Source: Rhynchobatus australiae (taxonomy: Eukaryota). Taken from it: a stretch of DNA of 64,000 nt. The position numbers and the translations under genes are program-made. The stretch lies in NCBI GenBank assembly GCA_034780895.1, contig JAUZTB010000127.1, forward strand, positions 35,249,869-35,313,868, written 5' to 3'. The stretch's first letter is position 1. Every line of letters begins with the position of its first letter. Positions 59,990 to 64,000 of this stretch are shown one piece after another. The notes beneath the pieces were generated by a model. The model did no database searches. It saw only the letters and a list, made by a program, of their open reading frames with translations, and had not been told where the DNA came from.

Positions 59990-60620
59990 AGAATCAGATT
60001 TATTATCACTGACATATGGCATGAAGTTTGTCGTTTTGTGACAGCAGTACAGTGCAAAGACATAACATCTATAAATTACAAAAATAAATAAATAGTGCAA
60101 AATAAAGGAATAATGAGGTAGTGTTCATGGATCATTCAGAAACCTGATGGTGGAGGGGAAGGAGCTGTTCCTGTATTGTTGAGTTTGGGTCTTCAGGCTC
60201 CTGTACCACCTCCCTGATGGTAGTAACGAGAAGAGTGCGCGTCCTGGATGGCGAGGGTCTTTAACGACAGATGCCACCTTCTTGAGGCACCACCTCTTGA
60301 AGGTGTTCTTGATGTGCTTGTNNNNNNNNNNNNNNNNNNNNNNNNNNNNNNNNNNNNNNNNNNNNNNNNNNNNNNNNNNNNNNNNNNNNNNNNNNNNNNN
60401 NNNNNNNNNNNNNNNNNNNNNNNNNNNNNNNNNNNNNNNNNNNNNNNNNNNNNNNNNNNNNNNNNNNNNNNNNNNNNNNNNNNNNNNNNNNNNNNNNNCT
60501 GCTGACGAGCCTTCTTCTAACTGCATCAATGTGTTGGGCCCAGGAGAGATCCTGAGATGTTGGCACCCAAGAACTTGAAGCTACTCACCCTTTCGACCGC
60601 TGATCCCTCAATGAGAACAA
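59990..60620 (-). mobile_element. Rex1/Babar LINE 3' part spanning a gap
   Basis: CLKKVASVVKDPRHPGRALFSLLPSGRWYRSLKT...SSFPSTIRFLN. Confidence 0.88.
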
Positions 60621-63600
60621 TTTGACAACATTTTCCATTTTAACAGTCACAATCTATTCAAAATTCTCATACTTTCACCATGACTGGCTCCTCTCCAATT
60701 ACTGATCACATTCTAATATCCTTCTAGCATTGATTCCCTCTGGGTTGTTGCAATATTAATCTAAAGTACAGTATGAAAAATAGCAAGGAGGTCATGGGTG
60801 GAACAACATTGTTCTATTAGTGCTGAGTATGACTATACATAAGCTAGACAGGGTAGGAATCACAAGCTTTCATTAGCTGCCTCCTTAACTGCCCAATCCA
60901 AAACATTATGAAGAAATACTTAACCATGCTGTGTCTTGGTCAAATCCCAAAAATGCATTACACCATCAGATAAAACATAGCCACAACCCCTGGTAATAAT
61001 ATGCTTCAGGAGATTCCTTAAATCATAGGGTTTACACTGAATTAATGTTTTGTTGCAACAGTGACAAGATTGTTGCATATACCAGATGGTTGGCAGGTAG
61101 GTTTTACTATGAAATAAGTTAGAAAGTGATCATGAAGATTTCATGGATTTCCATCACACAAAAATAGAAAGACATAACATCCCATGCTCTAGTGGATTTT
61201 TGTAAAAGCCAGCTTTGTTCATTCCATTAAAAAAATCCATTTGTCTCTCTCTCACCTAAAGCACAATGAGCTTATCTAGTAGTAAACTGAGCTACAACAG
61301 CACCTAGCCCCTGGTATTTCAAGACCATGGAATTTTACAGGTCAGGAAGTGGAAAAAGAACAAGTGCACTGGCAACAGCACTCCCTGTCAATGACAGAAA
61401 AGAACCTAGTCCTCAGGTATGAGGGGCTCTTAGTGTTGCTGTACCTGGTACAGGTTTGGCCATATTCTACAATTGTGCAATTGCAATCACCCAAGTCTAT
61501 TTTTTTTTGTTTCATCAGGAGCTCAATAATAAAGCAAGTTTGCAGAACCTCGATGAATAAATCTCCAGAAACAGAGGCACAAAAGGTACCCTTGTGGCCT
61601 TGCTCTTACTGCTAACTTCACACATGACTGCGTAAGCTATGCATGGACCTTGAATATGCAAACACCAAGTTTCATAACATGTAGAAATTCTATTTATTCT
61701 CAGCATTGCACANNNNNNNNNNNNNNNNNNNNNNNNNNNNNNNNNNNNNNNNNNNNNNNNNNNNNNNNNNNNNNNNNNNNNNNNNNNNNNNNNNNNNNNN
61801 NNNNNNNNNNNNCTCAGCATTGCACAGGATGGGTCTGGCCATTTTGTCTCAAAACTTTCAATTTAATTGGACTGTTCCACACCACCTGTCCCTAGTAGGA
61901 TACTTTATCCAGAAGAATATTTTATTATTAATCAATTACTCAGGGGTCTGCACATAATGTTATCAGATTTCTACAGGAAAGAGAGAGAATGCAGTGGGGT
62001 GGTTTCCCTGATAGACTGTCAAAGTTTGTTTTTTGCAGTATGTGTCATCAGCAAAGCTTTCAAACAAGCACCAAGATGTTACTTTGTATTGCCGTGGTGT
62101 TGAGAAAGGCTCACCCCATCAGATCTTTCTTAGTTGGAATATTGGCACAGCACACTGTCTTTGTGATAGCTGCACTGGAAACGAGACCACTGCCCATCTC
62201 CTTTGAGAATGTATCTCTGCCAGGAATGCCCAAGAAGAGATGCAAGGGTATTTGTTAAAATTCAACCTGAGCAGCCACATAACAGAGCTCTCTGTACTAT
62301 GTGGTCTGTTCCCAGAGAGACAAACATCAGCCACTGCTGGGAAACCATCCTCTGGTATGTCCAGAACTCATTAATCTCCCAGTCCAATGTGTTGCCCACA
62401 ATGAAGTGCCACAAACTAGCACACTCAAAAGGTCCAGGACTATGTTCTTAGGGACATGTTAAAGTTGGATACCGACTCTACAGAGGATCTATAGGCAAGG
62501 GCCAGAGTTTTAAATTGATTGAAATCTGTATTAAAATCCCAAGAACTATTTGATTTAGGGTTATAAATGAACAATAACTGATGATGTGTTATTGTTAAGC
62601 AACAGGAAAAACATGACATTATGAAAATGTCAAATGTTCAGCATTACATACTTCTAAATTTTTAATAAAATATATTTTGCAGTAAAAGAAAAGCAGGAAG
62701 TGGTCAGGCTGCTTTCTGTACCAACACCAGTTTTCTGAAAGTTGTTCATTTGGTCTGTGCCTTTCCCCCACAGCTATTAAGTTTTCTTAATTCCCAAACG
62801 CTTCTACATTCTTTTAAAGTCCTATTATGCATTCTGCCTCAGTGCCATTTCTGGAAAAGTAATCTACATTGTAAAATTCTCCACACAAATCCAGTTTTCA
62901 TACTCTCAGGTCATAAGTGAGGCATCTGTAATGAGCCTGCACACTTGGAGCCAAACCCCAAATGGTGAATCAATACCTTTAGGAGCCAAAGGCAGAAAGT
63001 TAGGCACAGGGTAAAGTCTAGTTACAGTAACCTTTTCCTCGCAGACAGTATTAAAGGGCAGAAAACTAAAATCCAAGCATTACAGCCCCAGAAGGAATTA
63101 CTTAACACAACACCATTTGTTCTTTCATACCAAGGTACAACTGTTTAAAAAATCAATTTCTTTTCAATGCAAGTCCACAAATTGCTGCTCTTAACACAAC
63201 ATGTAGTGGAAAAAGAACACTAGTTGAAATGCAATAAATAATCTGTAAACTTCTCTATAAAAATGGCTGAAATGCCCAGACACACTTTTCGTAATTCACT
63301 TTCAAACAAGGTAAATTCTTTAATGAGCAGGGAAGTCTGCCTTAGGAGATGTCCAGGAACTTAAAGCAGAAGGCTAGCTAAGCAATCTGGCATCACAGCC
63401 ATCAATGACAATTAGGAGACTGCAGATGTGAATCAAAACCAGAAAATATTGGAGCCATACAGGACAGGCAGCATCAGTGGAGGTGTACAAGGTCAATGGT
63501 TCATATAAGACCCGACTACAGAACCAAAAAATGCCTGTCTATTGTTCAGTTTAGTATCAGAATAAAAAGGAGGGGAGGGAAGGAAGAACAAAAACCAGAA

Positions 63601-64000
63601 GCTGTTAAATAATTTAGACACCTGACCACAGACACAATAGAATTCAAACAATTCCTCCAAAAACAATGTGACAGAGGTTCTCAGCTGGGGTGGGGGCAGT
63701 GAAATGGTGTTTTAGGGAAGAGGAAAACAAATGATGGGATGGAAGGTAGAATAAATTAAATAACTAAAGGATAATCATGCAAGGCAAGATGAGGAGGTAA
63801 CAGGACAAGTATAGGAACAAAGAATCAGTCAGCAGGAGGTGTAAGAGCAGGATAATTATCTAAAATTACCAGAGGAAGGTGGAATGTTTGTTGAATGTTT
63901 GAAATAAAAATGGTAAAGCAAAATGGTGATTACCTTTCCATGTCTTTCTCTACTCCAAAACCCACTCCAAACTCCAATAAACATCAAATTTAAATGGCTG

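Overview
This is vertebrate genomic DNA from a gapped assembly. It is most likely an elasmobranch (shark/ray), judged from HE1/V-SINE-like tRNA SINEs plus CR1, Rex1/Babar and Penelope-like retroelements. Two spliced genes lie head-to-tail on the minus strand. (1) A complete UBE2I/Ubc9 (SUMO E2) gene: 6 coding exons at 11513-19423 encoding 158 aa, with a non-coding exon 1 in a CpG island at ~19.5-20.6 kb. It is unusually divergent, with 17 substitutions versus human Ubc9 as recalled, 9 of them in the last exon. (2) KCTD5 coding exons 2-6 (27048-56396); exon 1 lies beyond the window. The most interesting structure is a modular KCTD5 C-terminus: a divergent duplicate of exon 5 (48848-48964, a candidate mutually exclusive or terminal exon), a small stop-carrying cassette exon with tandem TGCATG motifs (31103-31166) and a GC-AG intron. 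The rest is mostly decayed transposons, a ~25-26 bp minisatellite and recurrent fold-back Penelope-derived repeats. All comparisons with human proteins are from memory; no database search was run.
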